From contig OZ360219.1 of NCBI GenBank assembly GCA_977017645.1, positions 50,158,001 to 50,222,000 of the forward strand: a stretch of DNA of 64,000 nucleotides, written 5' to 3'. The notes under the pieces are model-generated. The model was not told where the DNA came from. It did no database searches and saw nothing but the letters and a program-made list of their open reading frames with translations. The DNA is from Torpedo marmorata. Taxonomy: Eukaryota. Made by a program: the position numbers and the translations under genes. Positions 63,991 to 64,000 of this stretch are shown piece after piece; position 1 is the first letter of the stretch; each line of letters begins with the position of its first letter.

Positions 63991-64000
63991 ATTTTGGAGG

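Overview
Eukaryotic, repeat-dense window, most likely from a cartilaginous fish (inferred from a V-SINE of the HE1 type, CR1 tails and Penelope-like elements). No intact host gene was found. Contents: (i) a degenerate BEL/Pao LTR element (minus strand) whose pol is replaced by host mRNA fragments, including MIPOL1 in permuted, back-splice-like order fused in frame to an Elongin A (ELOA) fragment; (ii) five full-length single-ORF Ty3/Gypsy (Mag-like) elements with 5-bp TSDs, one with an intact 1365-aa ORF. None has a tRNA PBS; instead each has a 14-18 nt post-LTR tract complementary to its own LTR (co-varying between subfamilies, pointing to self-priming), hairpins at the LTR end and PPT, and an antisense YY1 or ETS+YY1 motif array in the gag-protease linker; (iii) a tRNA-Ser-primed Gypsy with four nested insertions; (iv) CR1, RTE, Rex1/Babar, L1 and Penelope-like pieces, candidate hammerhead and HDV-like ribozymes, solo LTRs, a 20-bp minisatellite and an ERV-L-like gag fragment. 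Protein identities are from memory of known families and need database confirmation; difference counts were made by eye.
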